Translations under genes and position numbers: made by a program
Assembly: GCA_964291215.2 (NCBI GenBank)
Contig: OZ219791.1
Location: forward strand, 1,600,001-1,664,000
Origin: Alphaproteobacteria bacterium
Lineage (GTDB): Bacteria; Pseudomonadota; Alphaproteobacteria; MPNO01; UBA830
DNA length: 64,000 bases
Direction of reading: 5' to 3'
The notes under the pieces: generated by a model
What the model saw: the letters and a program-made list of their open reading frames with translations, nothing else
The model's database searches: none
Told to the model about the DNA's origin: nothing
Part shown: positions 21,413 through 32,853 of the stretch, piece after piece
Position numbering within the stretch: position 1 is the first letter of the stretch
Layout of the letters: every line of letters begins with the position of its first letter

Positions 21413-22134
21413 TGCTGCGCGCCGGTCTCCACCAGCTTCCAGTTGGGATCGGCCGATTGCGTGTCGCGGCGGAAGGTCCAGATATCCTCGATCTCCGTAA
21501 CGTCGTTGGGATCGCCGTCAATGATCCTGTTCTCCGCGTCCCGTGTGACGTTGATCTGGCCCGACTGGAAACGGACGGTTACGACCGCATCCCGCCCTGC
21601 CATGCCGGCGTCGACGATGCTTGACGAGATACTCGTGATTTCCGTCTCAAGTGTCTCGTTTGCCCGGGTGCGTTCCTCGACGGCGTCCCTGAATTGTTCG
21701 AAGACATCTTCCGCAAGCAGGGACTGGAGTCTGTCGAGTTCGCCAGCGGAAAACGCTCTGACGATCATTTCGAACGCGTCGTTCGCGCCCTCAAGGAACC
21801 CGGCGGGATCGAAGAACCTGTCCACCTCGCGGATATTCTCGATGCCCGTCACCAATCTGTCGTCGTCGGCATCGTATGCGGGGTCCGGGCGGTGCGCCTG
21901 GGCGGCGGTCTCCTCATCGTCTTCAAAGTCGGGGTCCGCACCGTTGTCCGCGCGGCGATTGGGAAGTTCGACGACCTTGTCCCCCTTCATTTCCTGGCTG
22001 CGCTCGGCGAACGGGTTCTGCCGCCCCCGCTGATGCCCCGTCTTCTTGCCGAGCACATTCCGCAGCCTGAGCACCAGGAAAGCTGCAACCATGGCGAAGA
22101 GGATGATGTCCAGGAATTGAAATCCGTTGCCCAT
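21409..22134 (-). CDS. Tim44/TimA-domain membrane protein
   Basis: N-terminal TM LRLRNVLGK; C-terminal DIWTFRR...PNWKL; mltA-Tim44-fxsA synteny. Confidence 0.9.
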   Translation of the reverse strand: MGNGFQFLDIILFAMVAAFLVLRLRNVLGKKTGHQRGRQNPFAERSQEMKGDKVVELPNRRADNGADPDFEDDEETAAQAHRPDPAYDADDDRLVTGIENIREVDRFFDPAGFLEGANDAFEMIVRAFSAGELDRLQSLLAEDVFEQFRDAVEERTRANETLETEITSISSSIVDAGMAGRDAVVTVRFQSGQINVTRDAENRIIDGDPNDVTEIEDIWTFRRDTQSADPNWKLVETGAQQ

Positions 22135-22311
22135 TTGACCAGCTTTCTGCAGATGCCCCGAAATGGCCCCGGCCAAGTCTTCCGCCGCCAAGGCTGGCGG
22201 GCACACACAGGACATGATGACGCAACCGCGCTCCGGCATTGAACTTTCGTCCGAAAGCGTACACCCTGCCGTCAGTACTGTACATAAGACGTTAGCCCGG
22301 AAATCGCAAGC

Positions 22312-22818
22312 ATGGCAGTCATCTTACTGGCAGCGTTCATCGCCATTCCGGTTATCGAGATCGCCGCCTTCATCGAGATCGGCAGTTGGATCGGTCTGTG
22401 GTCGACGATCGGCGTGGTGATTGCCACGGCGGTTGCCGGTTCCGTGCTGCTGCGCCTGCAGGGCTTGGCCGTTCTGCGCCGTTTTCGCGAGAGCATGTTC
22501 CGCAACGAGATTCCCGTGGCCGAGGTCTTCGATGGCCTGTGCTTGCTCGTCGCCGGCGCATTCCTTCTCACGCCGGGGTTCTTTACCGACCTTGCCGGGT
22601 TCGCCCTCATGATTCCGTCCTTCCGGCGATGGGTTGCAAGAGGGCTGCTCAGGGGTCTCGCGAAGCGCGGGCATGTGATCTCGGCTGCCGCGAGCGTCGG
22701 TCCGGATGGCTGGTCCGGCGATTCCGGCGGGTGTGACGGGGCTGGTCCGGTAATCGACGGGGAGTTCGAGGAAATCGACAGGAAATCAGGAGCCCGGGAC
22801 AGGCGATTGACTCCCTGA
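22312..22818 (+). CDS. fxsA: FxsA family membrane protein
   Basis: PVIEI...IG, LLTPGFFTD and VIDGEFEE motifs. Confidence 0.9.
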   Translation: MAVILLAAFIAIPVIEIAAFIEIGSWIGLWSTIGVVIATAVAGSVLLRLQGLAVLRRFRESMFRNEIPVAEVFDGLCLLVAGAFLLTPGFFTDLAGFALMIPSFRRWVARGLLRGLAKRGHVISAAASVGPDGWSGDSGGCDGAGPVIDGEFEEIDRKSGARDRRLTP

Positions 22819-23057
22819 CGCGGCAGCTATCCGGTCATCCGGATCGGATCCCGGTCTGGTGGACGGTAGTGGAGCCAACTCTTTCCGGCCGCCGGCGCAC
22901 GGGAAGTCATTGCCCGCATGCGGCCGCGCAGGCGCGAAACCGCGCAGCCGCAGGTCTTGAAACGCGGTGGGAGATGCGAAGGGCTCTCGGGGCGGAACGC
23001 CGACCGGGCCTCCTCAGCGCGGCAAGACGCGTTGTGTCGGCTTGCGGCGCCAGATCG

Positions 23058-23720
23058 TCACGAGTTCCTTCGCTTGCTTTCGTCCGTTCCGCGCCCGGAC
23101 AGATCCCTGCGGGCGGGGATATCGAAGAGTCCCCGGTTCCGGTCCTCGCGGACCGCACCAGTTCGCGATCTGAGCAACGATGCCAGGCACGCGGCGTCGC
23201 TGCCGCCGCTGCGCAGGCGACGGAGTTCGATGTGGTCGAGCACATGCACGTTGTTCCGCCGGTAGAAATAGAGTTCGACAAGGCAGTCCGGTGTCCGGTA
23301 GCGCCGGAACTCTGCCGGCGGTTCGCTGCGAACGAAGGCCGGCCTGCCCAGCAGCCCGTCGATTTCGGCACGGGTCATGCCGAGCATCTGTTCTGGCTTG
23401 AGGGAAACCTGCTGCTCGTCGCCTGCGGTTCCGGGAGACGGCTCCGGCGTGCTGGCCGCTGACTTTGGTTCCCGCTCTGGCGCTGGCTCGGCGGCGGAAG
23501 TCCGGTCGCCGGTATAGGTCGCGGATGCGGCGGGAGGAGGAGATGCTGAGGACATATCCGCGAGATGGCATCCCGACATGCCGAGGCCGGCAGCCAGGGC
23601 GAGGCCGAGGAGTCCCGGGGACAAGCCGTGCCGCGAGCGCATTGCGCCAGAGATCAGCCAACCGCGCGTTCGGTCGCGGAGGCGAGCCGCTCGGCCGGAT
23701 GACGACGGTGAAGGCGCCAA
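23058..23720 (-). CDS. Hypothetical lipoprotein (start uncertain)
   Basis: LGMSGC lipobox, low-complexity linker, LGRP..VR.E....Y....C..LYFY domain. Confidence 0.55.
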   Translation of the reverse strand: MAPSPSSSGRAARLRDRTRGWLISGAMRSRHGLSPGLLGLALAAGLGMSGCHLADMSSASPPPAASATYTGDRTSAAEPAPEREPKSAASTPEPSPGTAGDEQQVSLKPEQMLGMTRAEIDGLLGRPAFVRSEPPAEFRRYRTPDCLVELYFYRRNNVHVLDHIELRRLRSGGSDAACLASLLRSRTGAVREDRNRGLFDIPARRDLSGRGTDESKRRNS

Positions 23721-23732
23721 CTGCCGTTCACC

Positions 23733-24227
23733 TTAGGACTTCCGGTCGGATACGGTCCCGATGTCGCCGACTATTTCTCCACCGGGCTCCACTTCGAGCT
23801 GGCCGAACCTGATGGTGCCTGCTACTCGCCCGCCCGAGCGGACGGAAAGCGTGTTGCGGACGGTAAGCTTGCCTTCGAATTTCCCGCTTATGACGGCCTT
23901 TTCCACATCGGCTTCGCCGCTGAAAGTTCCGTTGGAAGAGATCTCAATTTCCCGGCAATCCGTCAGCTCTGCCTCGACATCGCCCTCGACAATGATTCTC
24001 TCGCAGGAACCGATATTCCCAGTCAGCTTGATGTCGCGGCCAACGATGAGTTTCTTGTTGTCCGGCTCCGCCTGTCTTGGTGCAGCCCGGCCCGAGTGCA
24101 GGGGATCAGGAGCCCGCATCGGGTTCGCCGCTGCAGGGGGAAGCCGGGCGCCGGCCCGCACATCGGCCGGTTCCCCGTCCGCCTTCGGCGGGGCCTTAGG
24201 TTTGGTGGCTTCCTCGTTGCTGTCCAT
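23733..24227 (-). CDS. Bactofilin (polymer-forming cytoskeletal protein)
   Basis: LIVG.DI.L.G.I...VEG.V repeating beta-helix pattern; aggaaagg RBS. Confidence 0.88.
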   Translation of the reverse strand: MDSNEEATKPKAPPKADGEPADVRAGARLPPAAANPMRAPDPLHSGRAAPRQAEPDNKKLIVGRDIKLTGNIGSCERIIVEGDVEAELTDCREIEISSNGTFSGEADVEKAVISGKFEGKLTVRNTLSVRSGGRVAGTIRFGQLEVEPGGEIVGDIGTVSDRKS

Positions 24228-24902
24228 GATGCCTTTCCTGTTGGCGACTCTTCGATTGCACCAAGATACTGCCGGTTGCGGGTGCGCTCTTCCGGCTGCC
24301 CATCCGTCCAAAAGCGATCAGGTCCTCCACCGCAACATCGTTTCGTGTGGCCGTGCGCGTCTGGACAACTCGCTGCAGAGCCGGTGGGTCTGCGCCACCG
24401 TGCCGTGGTGTTGCGACCTGTCCCGTGACCGTTGCAGCACAGCCTGTTCCGCCGACAGATGCACAGGGAGAGACACGGCTGCATTATAGTTCATCGTCCC
24501 CGGACATGACAATCGGGAATCGGCGGCGCCCTCCGGCCGGGAACTACGGTCACCGCTCATTATTCGGGCCGGATGCTCCGACACCGCGGCCTGCAGGCGA
24601 AGCCGGTTGCCGTCGGCAGGTCGCTTGCTGGGCCGCACCGGCCTTCGCTTCCGGGTGACTGTACTCACATCTCGAGCGGTTCGCCGAAGGAGTCCCGGCC
24701 TTGCTTGCTCTCGAAGGCGAGCCGGGACCGTTGCTGTCGTCGCCGATCGAGGCGGCGGGATCCGCAGGTTCTGACGGGTCCACCGACATGGAGTTGCGGG
24801 AACCTGCCGCCATGATCCCGTGATCCGGCGCGAGGATGTCTCGTGGCGCGATCCCGGCTATAAACGCCGCTGATCGTTGTCACTGTAGTACCGGAGCGTG
24901 AA

Positions 24903-25883
24903 ATGTATGATGTGGTTGGGGTCGGCAACGCTGTTGTCGACGTCATTGCTCGGGCCGACTTTGCCGACATCGAGCGGCTTGCCCTCAACAAGGGCGCGAT
25001 GACGCTTATCGAGTCCGGAGAGGCGGATCGCCTGATGGGCGAGATGACGACTGCGAAGCTGAGCTCCGGCGGCTCCGTCGCCAACAGCCTCGCCGCCATG
25101 GCCTCGCTCGGAAGCAGTGTCGCCTTTGTCGGCAAGGTGCAGGACGATGATTCCGGCCGGACGTTCCAGCGCGACATGGCGGCAATCGGGGTCGACTGCT
25201 GTCTGCCGCTCGCTGCCGAGGGCCCGGCGACCGCGCGCTGCCTGATCTTTGTCACGCCGGACGCTGACCGCACCATGCAGACATCGCTGGGCGTTAGCAG
25301 CCTGCTCGGTCCGGACGATATCGATCCCGCGGCCATCCGCGACGCGCAGATCACTTATCTCGAAGGCTACTTGTTCGACCTCGACCTGGCGAAGCAGGCG
25401 TTCGTGCGTGCCGCCGAACTCTCCCACGCGGCCGGCAACCGGGTTGCGCTGACGCTCTCGGATCCGTTCTGCGTTGCGCGCCATCGTGTCGCATTCCGTC
25501 AACTCGTCGCGGGCCATGTGGATATCCTGTTTGCCAACAGCGACGAAATCACCTCTCTGTACGAGGTGGAGTCCTTCGATGATGCGGCTGACTTGGTCTC
25601 GGCCCAGGTCGAGACCGCCGTGATCACGTGCGGCGAGGCGGGATCCGTGGTCATCGGCGGCGGAGAGAGGTTCCACGTCGACGCCGAGCCGGTTGCTGAC
25701 GTCGTCGATACGACAGGAGCCGGCGACCTCTATGCGGCCGGCGTGCTGTTCGGCCTGACGAGGGGGTACGAGCTCGATGTTGCGGGACGGATCGGAGCCA
25801 TCTGCGCCGCCGAGATTATTAGCCAGTACGGGGCGAGGCCCGAGACGTCGCTGAACGGCATCGTCAGAGAGGCGCTCGGCTAG
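24903..25883 (+). CDS. PfkB family adenosine/carbohydrate kinase
   Basis: GNAVVD, GGSVAN, YLEGY, DTTGAGD. Confidence 0.92.
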   Translation: MYDVVGVGNAVVDVIARADFADIERLALNKGAMTLIESGEADRLMGEMTTAKLSSGGSVANSLAAMASLGSSVAFVGKVQDDDSGRTFQRDMAAIGVDCCLPLAAEGPATARCLIFVTPDADRTMQTSLGVSSLLGPDDIDPAAIRDAQITYLEGYLFDLDLAKQAFVRAAELSHAAGNRVALTLSDPFCVARHRVAFRQLVAGHVDILFANSDEITSLYEVESFDDAADLVSAQVETAVITCGEAGSVVIGGGERFHVDAEPVADVVDTTGAGDLYAAGVLFGLTRGYELDVAGRIGAICAAEIISQYGARPETSLNGIVREALG

Positions 25884-25928
25884 GCTCCCGGCTCCATTCG
25901 ATTCGGAGTAGGCCCAGGCGGTTGAACG

Positions 25929-27767
25929 ATGACCGGACTTCGCAACATTGCGATCATTGCTCATGTCGATCATGGCAAGACCAGCCTGGTCGACCAGTTG
26001 CTGCGGCAGTCCGGGAGTTTCCGCGACGGACAGCAGGTTGCCGATCGCATCATGGATTCCGGCGCTCTCGAACGGGAACGCGGGATCACGATCCTTGCCA
26101 AATGCGGTTCGGTGACGTGGAACGGCGTGCGAATCAATCTTGTCGATACCCCCGGCCATGCGGATTTCGGGGGCGAGGTCGAGCGCATCCTGACCATGGT
26201 GGACGGAGTTCTGGTCCTCGTCGATGCCACGGAAGGACCGATGCCGCAGACCAAGTTCGTGACCGCGAAGGCTCTGGCGCTTGGCTTGCGGCCGATCGTG
26301 GTTATCAACAAGCTCGATCGTCCTGACCAGCGTGCGGAAGAGGTCGAGGTCGAAATCTTCGACCTGTTTGCCGCACTCGGCGCAAGCGATGAGCAGCTCG
26401 ACTTCACGACGCTCTACGCCTCGGCCAGGGAAGGCTGGTCGACGGCCTCTCCCGACGACCCGCGCGAAACGATGGCGCCGCTGTTCAACACCATCGTTGC
26501 CCATGTGCCGCCGCCCGCCGCCCGCGGAGATGCGTCGTTCGCCATGCTGGCGACTATTCTCGAGAACGATGCTTATCTCGGTCGCGTCCTGATCGGACGC
26601 GTCGAACGCGGCACGGCGCGAAACAACGCGCCGGTGGTTGCCGTCGGGCGCGACGGCGCGGCCTTGGAAACCGCGCGCCTGACCAAGCTCCTGGCGTTCC
26701 GCGGCGTCGAGCGGGTTCCGGTCGCCGAGGTCGCCGCCGGAGATATCGTCGCCGTCGCCGGTCTCCGGCACGCGTCCGTTGCCGACACGGTTTGTGATCC
26801 CGAACACCCCGAGCCGATTCCCGCGCGCCCCGTCGATCCGCCGACATTGTCGATGTATTTCTCGATCAATGATTCGCCCCTGGCCGGCAACGATGGCGAC
26901 AAGCTCACCTCGCGCATGCTCGGCGCGCGCCTCTATCGTGAGGCGGAAGGCAACGTCGCGATTTCAGTGGGGCACACGGAAGACGAGAATGTGTTCGAGG
27001 TCCGGGGCCGTGGCGAGCTGCAACTCGGCGTCCTCGTCGAGACGATGCGGCGCGAGGGGTACGAGCTGTCGCTGTCGCGTCCGCGCGTGCTCTTGCGCAC
27101 CGACGACGGGACCGGCGCGCGGGTCGAGCCGATCGAGGAGGTCGTCATCGATGTCGATGACGAATTCGTTGGTGTGGTGATCGGCGCCATGGGGGAGCGC
27201 CATGGCGAGATGATCGACATGGGGCCGTCGGGCGGCGGCAAGACGAGGCTGGTCTTCTACGCACCGTCGCGCGGACTGATCGGCTGGCACGGAAGATTCC
27301 TGAATGAAACCCGCGGGACTGGCGCCATGAGCCGGATCTTTCACGCCTACGGCCCCGTGAAGGGACCGGTTGCCGGCCGCCGCGCCGGCGTGCTCGTTGC
27401 CAACGGCGCTGGGCGGGCGGTGCCCTATGCGCTGGCAGCTCTTGAGGAACGCGGCGAACTGTTCATTGATCGCGGCGCTGATGTCTACGAAGGCATGATC
27501 GTCGGCGAGCACAGCCGGGATGTCGATCTTGTCGTAAACGTGTTCCGGACTAAGAAGCTGACCAATATCCGTGCTGTCGGGAACGACGACGCGATACGGC
27601 TGACGCCGCCGAGACGGTTCAGTCTTGAAGAGGCCATCGGCTATATCGAGGACGATGAACTCGTCGAAGTGACACCGGCCCACGTCAGGCTGCGCAAACG
27701 CGTGCTTGACGCCACTACGCGCAAGCGCGAGAGCCGCAGGCAGGCCTCCGGTGCCGGCCCTGCATAG
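25929..27767 (+). CDS. typA: Translational GTPase TypA/BipA
   Basis: [39 protein letters not shown]. Confidence 0.97.
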   Translation: MTGLRNIAIIAHVDHGKTSLVDQLLRQSGSFRDGQQVADRIMDSGALERERGITILAKCGSVTWNGVRINLVDTPGHADFGGEVERILTMVDGVLVLVDATEGPMPQTKFVTAKALALGLRPIVVINKLDRPDQRAEEVEVEIFDLFAALGASDEQLDFTTLYASAREGWSTASPDDPRETMAPLFNTIVAHVPPPAARGDASFAMLATILENDAYLGRVLIGRVERGTARNNAPVVAVGRDGAALETARLTKLLAFRGVERVPVAEVAAGDIVAVAGLRHASVADTVCDPEHPEPIPARPVDPPTLSMYFSINDSPLAGNDGDKLTSRMLGARLYREAEGNVAISVGHTEDENVFEVRGRGELQLGVLVETMRREGYELSLSRPRVLLRTDDGTGARVEPIEEVVIDVDDEFVGVVIGAMGERHGEMIDMGPSGGGKTRLVFYAPSRGLIGWHGRFLNETRGTGAMSRIFHAYGPVKGPVAGRRAGVLVANGAGRAVPYALAALEERGELFIDRGADVYEGMIVGEHSRDVDLVVNVFRTKKLTNIRAVGNDDAIRLTPPRRFSLEEAIGYIEDDELVEVTPAHVRLRKRVLDATTRKRESRRQASGAGPA

Positions 27768-27842
27768 GCCTGCCGGGGCCTGCGGATCATGCCTAGCCGT
27801 GCCGTTGCGGCCGGGGAGACTCCCAGACTCCTGCAGGACGGC

Positions 27843-29138
27843 ATGAAGTATCTCCTTGATTCCCGGTTTCGGACGATCTTCCTGTTCGGGATGGCAAGCG
27901 GGCTGCCGGCGCCGCTGGTGTTTGCGACGCTGTCCATATGGTTGCGCGAGGAAGGCCTTTCGCGAACATCGATCGGCTTGATCGGAGCGGTCACGACCCC
28001 CTATGCGATCAATTTCCTGTGGGCGCCGCTCGTCGACCGGCTGCGCCTGCCCCGCCTGCATCGCGCGCTCGGGCAGCGGCGGTCATGGCTGCTGGCCTGC
28101 CAGCTTGTCCTGGTACCGGCGGTGATCGCCATGGGACTGCAGAAGCCGGCGGAAGCAACCGCCGTCCTTGCCATTGCCGCCCTCATGATCTCGATCGTGT
28201 CCGCGACCCAGGATGTCGCCATCGACGCCTACCGGATCGAGATCCTCGAGCCCGAGGAGTATGGGGCCGGCGCGGCGGTCGCGATCTATGGCTGGTATGC
28301 CGGCGCGTTCATTACCGGCGCCGGGGCGCTCTATGCTGCCGCTTGGGGCGGCTGGACGACGGCCTACATGCTGTCGGCGCTGGCCATCGCAACGGTTGCA
28401 TCCGCCGTTTTCTTTGCGCGTGAGCCTGACCGTCTCCGTGAGCCGGCGCTTCCCTCGGCAGGCGTCGCTGACCGGCTGCGTCTTGCGGCCTTGGTGCCGC
28501 TGGCGGAGTTCTTCCGGCGGCTTGGCTGGCTGGCCGCCCTCGTCCTGGCCGTGATCGTGTTCTACAAGTTCGGAGACGCAATGCTCGGCCGCATGGCGGG
28601 CGTGTTCTATGTCGATTTCGGTTTCACGAGGGTCGAGATCGCGAACTACTCGAAATCCGTCGGTCTTGTCGCCACGCTGCTCGGCGTTGCCGTCGGCGGA
28701 TGGGCCTGCGTGCGCATCGGCGTGATGCGGGCGCTGTTCCTCGGCGCCTTCCTGATGATGGCCACCAATCTCGCGTTCGCCTTGCTCGCTTCGGGAGGCA
28801 AGGATTTCGGACTGTTCGCGGCAGTGGTCTTCCTGGACAACCTGACCGGAGGCATGGCGACGACCGCGTTCGTTGCCTATCTCTCGGGCCTGTGCAATCT
28901 GGCGTTCACCGCCACGCAGTACGCGCTGCTCGCGTCGATCGGCAATTTCGCGCGCATTCAGCTCGGCTCGGTTTCGGGCTGGGCGGTGGACGCCCTCGGC
29001 GGCGACTGGACTCTGTTCTTCGTCGGTGTCGGCGCAGCGTCCCTGCCCGCGATCCTGCTCCTGTGGTGGCTGGTGCGCGCCATGCGGAAGCGCGAAGGCG
29101 AGCAGCCGGCCGGAGAGACGGGCGCCGCGTCCGGCTAG
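27843..29138 (+). CDS. ampG: AmpG family muropeptide MFS transporter
   Basis: GMASGLP, FLWAPLVD, GQRRSW, SATQDVAIDAYRIE, TATQYALL. Confidence 0.92.
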   Translation: MKYLLDSRFRTIFLFGMASGLPAPLVFATLSIWLREEGLSRTSIGLIGAVTTPYAINFLWAPLVDRLRLPRLHRALGQRRSWLLACQLVLVPAVIAMGLQKPAEATAVLAIAALMISIVSATQDVAIDAYRIEILEPEEYGAGAAVAIYGWYAGAFITGAGALYAAAWGGWTTAYMLSALAIATVASAVFFAREPDRLREPALPSAGVADRLRLAALVPLAEFFRRLGWLAALVLAVIVFYKFGDAMLGRMAGVFYVDFGFTRVEIANYSKSVGLVATLLGVAVGGWACVRIGVMRALFLGAFLMMATNLAFALLASGGKDFGLFAAVVFLDNLTGGMATTAFVAYLSGLCNLAFTATQYALLASIGNFARIQLGSVSGWAVDALGGDWTLFFVGVGAASLPAILLLWWLVRAMRKREGEQPAGETGAASG

Positions 29139-29219
29139 GCGTAGCCATGCTGCTCCGTGGGCCTGTGTAGGTCATGGCCTGCGCGGCCGGCCGCGTCGGA
29201 GGAACACTCAGCGCTGGCG

Positions 29220-29906
29220 CTATCCCGCGTCGAGGGCGTAGCCGGCCGACCTGACGGTCCGGATCAGGTCCTTTTTGTTGTCCTTGTTGAGCGCCTTTCG
29301 CAACCGGCGGATATGCACGTCGACGGTTCTGGAATCGATGTAGAAATCGTGCCCCCAGATTGCGTCGATGAGCTGGTTGCGGGAGAACACGCGGCCCGGC
29401 CGTTCCATGAAATGGCGCAGCAGGCGGAACTCCGTCGGGCCGAGCGCGACCAGTTCGCTACCGCGCCGCACCTTGTACTCGGAAAGGCTCATTTCGACAT
29501 CTGCGTAGATCAGCTTCTCTTCGGTCAGAGCCGGGCGGGCGCGGCGGAGAACGGCGCGCATCCGTGCAAGCAGTTCGTCGGGTGCGACCGGCTTGGAAAT
29601 ATAGTCGTCGGCGCCGGTATCGAGGCCGCGTACGCGATCTGTTCGATCGCTGCGCGCAGTCAGCATGATGATCGGCAGGTCGCGGGTGGTGGTCCGGCGT
29701 CGCAGTTGGCGGCAGACCTCGATGCCGGACATGTGCGGCAGCATCCAGTCGAGAAGTACGATGTCTACGGGCCGTTCGTCGACGATCTCGAGAGCCCTTT
29801 CGCCGCTCTCAGTCGCCACGACATCGAACCCTCCGCGTTCGAGATTGTAGCGGAGGACATCCACAAGCGCGGTTTCGTCTTCGACGAGGAGCACTAGCGG
29901 CGTCAT
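29220..29906 (-). CDS. phoB: Phosphate regulon response regulator PhoB
   Basis: LLDWMLP receiver domain; winged helix RTVDVHIRRLRK; operon context. Confidence 0.95.
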   Translation of the reverse strand: MTPLVLLVEDETALVDVLRYNLERGGFDVVATESGERALEIVDERPVDIVLLDWMLPHMSGIEVCRQLRRRTTTRDLPIIMLTARSDRTDRVRGLDTGADDYISKPVAPDELLARMRAVLRRARPALTEEKLIYADVEMSLSEYKVRRGSELVALGPTEFRLLRHFMERPGRVFSRNQLIDAIWGHDFYIDSRTVDVHIRRLRKALNKDNKKDLIRTVRSAGYALDAG

Positions 29907-30676
29907 TCCATCGCGTCCTCCGTCGTTCCCGAGAGTGGAAGTTCGAATGCTTCCGCTTCCCGGCCCCGCGGCCTCGCCGTGCGCAGCCGTTCTCCGTGCA
30001 CCAGGAAATAGATGGTTTCGGCGACGTTAGTGACGTGGTCGCCGATTCGCTCGACATTCTTGGCGATGAACAGGATCTGGGTGCAGACCGCGACGTGTTT
30101 GGGATTTTGGATTACCTGCAGCGCTTCGTGAAATACGCTGGCATAGGCGTTGTCCAGTGTTTCGTCGGCATGCCAGGCTTCGATGGCCCGGTCGGCGTCG
30201 CGGGCGATATAGGCGTCGAGCACGGTCTTGAGCATCTGCTGGGCAAGCTTGCTCATGCCCGGAATGGACTGGACCGGGCCAGCCGGCGGGGCTGCGGACA
30301 GCGTGATCGAGCGTTTCGCGATATTGGCCGCGTAGTCCCCGATCCGCTCGAGGTCGGATGAGATCTTGAGAGCGGCCACGATCTGGCGAAGATCTTGGGC
30401 CATCGGCTGGCGCAGCGCCAGCAGCCGCGTCGCCTTGATGTCGATCTCGTAGTTCAGATCGTCGATCAGGTCGTCGTCCGAGATGATCTCCTGCGCAAGG
30501 TCCGGATTGCGCTGCACGACAGCTTCCACCGCGCGGGTGATCTGCGATTCGGCGAGTCCGCCCATGTGGACGATGTCCTTGTCCAGATGTTCGAGTTCCT
30601 GAGCGTACGACTTGACGATGTGATCGCCGGGTGTCGGGGTACTGCTTGCCATGGCTGCGTCTCCGGATGCCCGCAT
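29903..30676 (-). CDS. phoU: Phosphate signalling protein PhoU
   Basis: HIVKSY, RQPMAQDLR, DLERIGDY, ERIGDH; start at 30676 or 30652. Confidence 0.95.
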   Translation of the reverse strand: MRASGDAAMASSTPTPGDHIVKSYAQELEHLDKDIVHMGGLAESQITRAVEAVVQRNPDLAQEIISDDDLIDDLNYEIDIKATRLLALRQPMAQDLRQIVAALKISSDLERIGDYAANIAKRSITLSAAPPAGPVQSIPGMSKLAQQMLKTVLDAYIARDADRAIEAWHADETLDNAYASVFHEALQVIQNPKHVAVCTQILFIAKNVERIGDHVTNVAETIYFLVHGERLRTARPRGREAEAFELPLSGTTEDAME

Positions 30677-31512
30677 CAACCATATCTGCCGGTGATGTAG
30701 CCGTGCGTCCGTTCGTCTTTCGGGTTGGTGAACATGTTCTCGGTTTCGTCGACCTCGACGAGGCACCCGAGGTGGAAGAAGGCCGTTCTCTGGGAAACGC
30801 GGGCGGCTTGCTGCATCGAGTGCGTGACGATGACGATTGTGAAGCGTTCGCGCAACTCGTCGATCAACTCCTCGATGCGCGCGGTGGCAATCGGATCCAG
30901 GGCCGAGCACGGTTCGTCCATCAGGATGACGTCCGGGCTGACCGCGATGGCGCGGGCGATGCACAGGCGCTGCTGCTGACCGCCGGACAATCCGGTTCCG
31001 GGATCGCCGAGGCGGTCCTTTACCTCGTTGAGCAGGCCCGCCCGTTCCAGGCTGGAATGCACGACTTCGTCGAGATCGGTGCGGTTCGAGACGAGGCCGT
31101 GAATGCGCGGGCCGTAGGCGATGTTGTCGTAGATCGACTTGGGAAACGGGTTGGGCTTCTGGAACACCATGCCGACGCGCGCGCGAAGCTGCACGACATC
31201 CAGATTGCGGTCGTGGATGTCCTCGTTGTCGATCGCGATCTCTCCAGTAACGCGGCATCCCTCGATAACGTCGTTCATCCTGTTGAGGCAGCGCAGGAAG
31301 GTCGACTTGCCGCAACCCGACGGACCGATCAGCGCAATGACGCGGTTCTCGGGCACATCGAGATCGACATTGAACAGCGCCTGCTTTCCGCCATAGAAGA
31401 CCGACACGTCGCGCGCCCTGATCTTGATTGCCGGCGCCGCCGTCTCAAGCTCTTTGGTCATGTCCCCCGCCGCCAGCGCGGCCGATGCGATGTTCATGTC
31501 ATCCCTCATCAA
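30676..31512 (-). CDS. pstB: Phosphate ABC transporter ATPase
   Basis: [39 protein letters not shown]. Confidence 0.97.
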   Translation of the reverse strand: MMRDDMNIASAALAAGDMTKELETAAPAIKIRARDVSVFYGGKQALFNVDLDVPENRVIALIGPSGCGKSTFLRCLNRMNDVIEGCRVTGEIAIDNEDIHDRNLDVVQLRARVGMVFQKPNPFPKSIYDNIAYGPRIHGLVSNRTDLDEVVHSSLERAGLLNEVKDRLGDPGTGLSGGQQQRLCIARAIAVSPDVILMDEPCSALDPIATARIEELIDELRERFTIVIVTHSMQQAARVSQRTAFFHLGCLVEVDETENMFTNPKDERTHGYITGRYG

Positions 31513-31521
31513 ATTCGCATG

Positions 31522-32853
31522 CTACCAGCGCCGTTCAAATTTCTTTCGGAGGAGAACGGCAAGCAGGTTCATGATCACCAGGAAGCCGAGCAGCACGATG
31601 ATTGCAGCGCCGGTTCTCTCGGCAAACGCCCGTTCCGGGAGATCGCTCCAGAGGAAAATCTGCACCGGCAGGACGGTCGAGGCGCTGAGCGGCCCGCCGG
31701 GAATGTCGACGATGAAGGCGACCATGCCGATCATCAAGAGCGGCGCCGTCTCTCCCAGGGCCTGGGCCATGCCGATGATGGTGCCGGTCAGGATGCCGGG
31801 CAGCGCCAGCGGCAGGACATGGTGGGTCACGGTCTGCACCTGTGAAGCGCCGACGCCGAGCGCCGCTTCGCGGATCGATGGCGGCACCGCCTTGAGAGCG
31901 GCGCGAGTGGCGATGATGATGGTCGGCAGCGTCATCAGCGCGAGCACGATGCCGCCGACCAGGGGGGCCGACCGCGGCAGGCCGAAGAAATTGAGAAAGA
32001 CGGCGAGTCCGAGGAGGCCGAACACGATCGACGGTACCGCGGCGAGGTTGTTGATGTTGACCTCTATCAGGTCGGTCCAGCGATTCTTGGGCGCGAATTC
32101 CTCAAGATAGATGGCGGCCGAAACGCCGACGGGGAAACTTAGCAGCAGGGTGACCAGCATGGTCCAGAAGGAACCGACGATCGCGCCCCAGATGCCGGCC
32201 TGCTCGGCTTCGCGCGACGCGCCAGCGGAAAACAGCGTCGTGTTGAAATTCGCCTCGATCCGCCCGTCCGCTGCGAGCCGCTCGTACCACGCCACCTCGC
32301 GGTCCTTGAGCGGCCGCTCGTCCTCCGGCGTGTCGACGCCGTACTTTCCCTTGTGGAACTGATCGAGATCGTCGGAGGCCGTCAGCCAGATCTCGCGGGT
32401 GGTTCCGATGAAGTCCGGTTTGTCGATCACCATGCTCCGCAAGGCGATGTCGGCGCCCGAACTGACGAGCCTGCGGAGCTGCCGTTTGTCGCGGCGCTTG
32501 CGCACCTCCGGAAACAGTTTCTCGATTGCCCGGCGGTAGAGAACCGCGTAGTTGGCCGTTCTCAGGGTCTCGGCATCGCGCGTCCCGTCAGGATCGATCA
32601 CTTCGGTGTCGAAATGGATGTCGAGACGAATCTCGGTCTGGACGAAGGCGCTGTAGCCGGTTCCGATGATCGTGATCATCAGCCACAGCAACACCGCAAT
32701 GGCCATGCCCACGGCGAGAATGCCGTAGGCGCGGAACCGGCGTTCGGCCCGGTGCCTCTTGGCGAGGCCGGGCGACCGGCCGCCGGCGGTCCCTGCCGTC
32801 TGCGTTTTCGCCTGCGTTGCGTCAGTCATACTGTTCCCTGTATTTGCGGACAA
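31522..32853 (-). CDS. pstA: Phosphate ABC transporter permease PstA
   Basis: NLAAVPSIVFGL and GETAPL motifs. Confidence 0.95.
   Translation of the reverse strand: MSANTGNSMTDATQAKTQTAGTAGGRSPGLAKRHRAERRFRAYGILAVGMAIAVLLWLMITIIGTGYSAFVQTEIRLDIHFDTEVIDPDGTRDAETLRTANYAVLYRRAIEKLFPEVRKRRDKRQLRRLVSSGADIALRSMVIDKPDFIGTTREIWLTASDDLDQFHKGKYGVDTPEDERPLKDREVAWYERLAADGRIEANFNTTLFSAGASREAEQAGIWGAIVGSFWTMLVTLLLSFPVGVSAAIYLEEFAPKNRWTDLIEVNINNLAAVPSIVFGLLGLAVFLNFFGLPRSAPLVGGIVLALMTLPTIIIATRAALKAVPPSIREAALGVGASQVQTVTHHVLPLALPGILTGTIIGMAQALGETAPLLMIGMVAFIVDIPGGPLSASTVLPVQIFLWSDLPERAFAERTGAAIIVLLGFLVIMNLLAVLLRKKFERRW

Noticed and set aside
24312-24900. Long GC-rich gap as possible riboswitch/sRNA or small gene
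   Set aside because: No recognisable conserved RNA motif or credible ORF by eye; needs an Rfam search.
29903-31315. 470-aa extended PhoU
   Set aside because: The extension overlaps pstB in another frame; PhoU homology starts near 30676.
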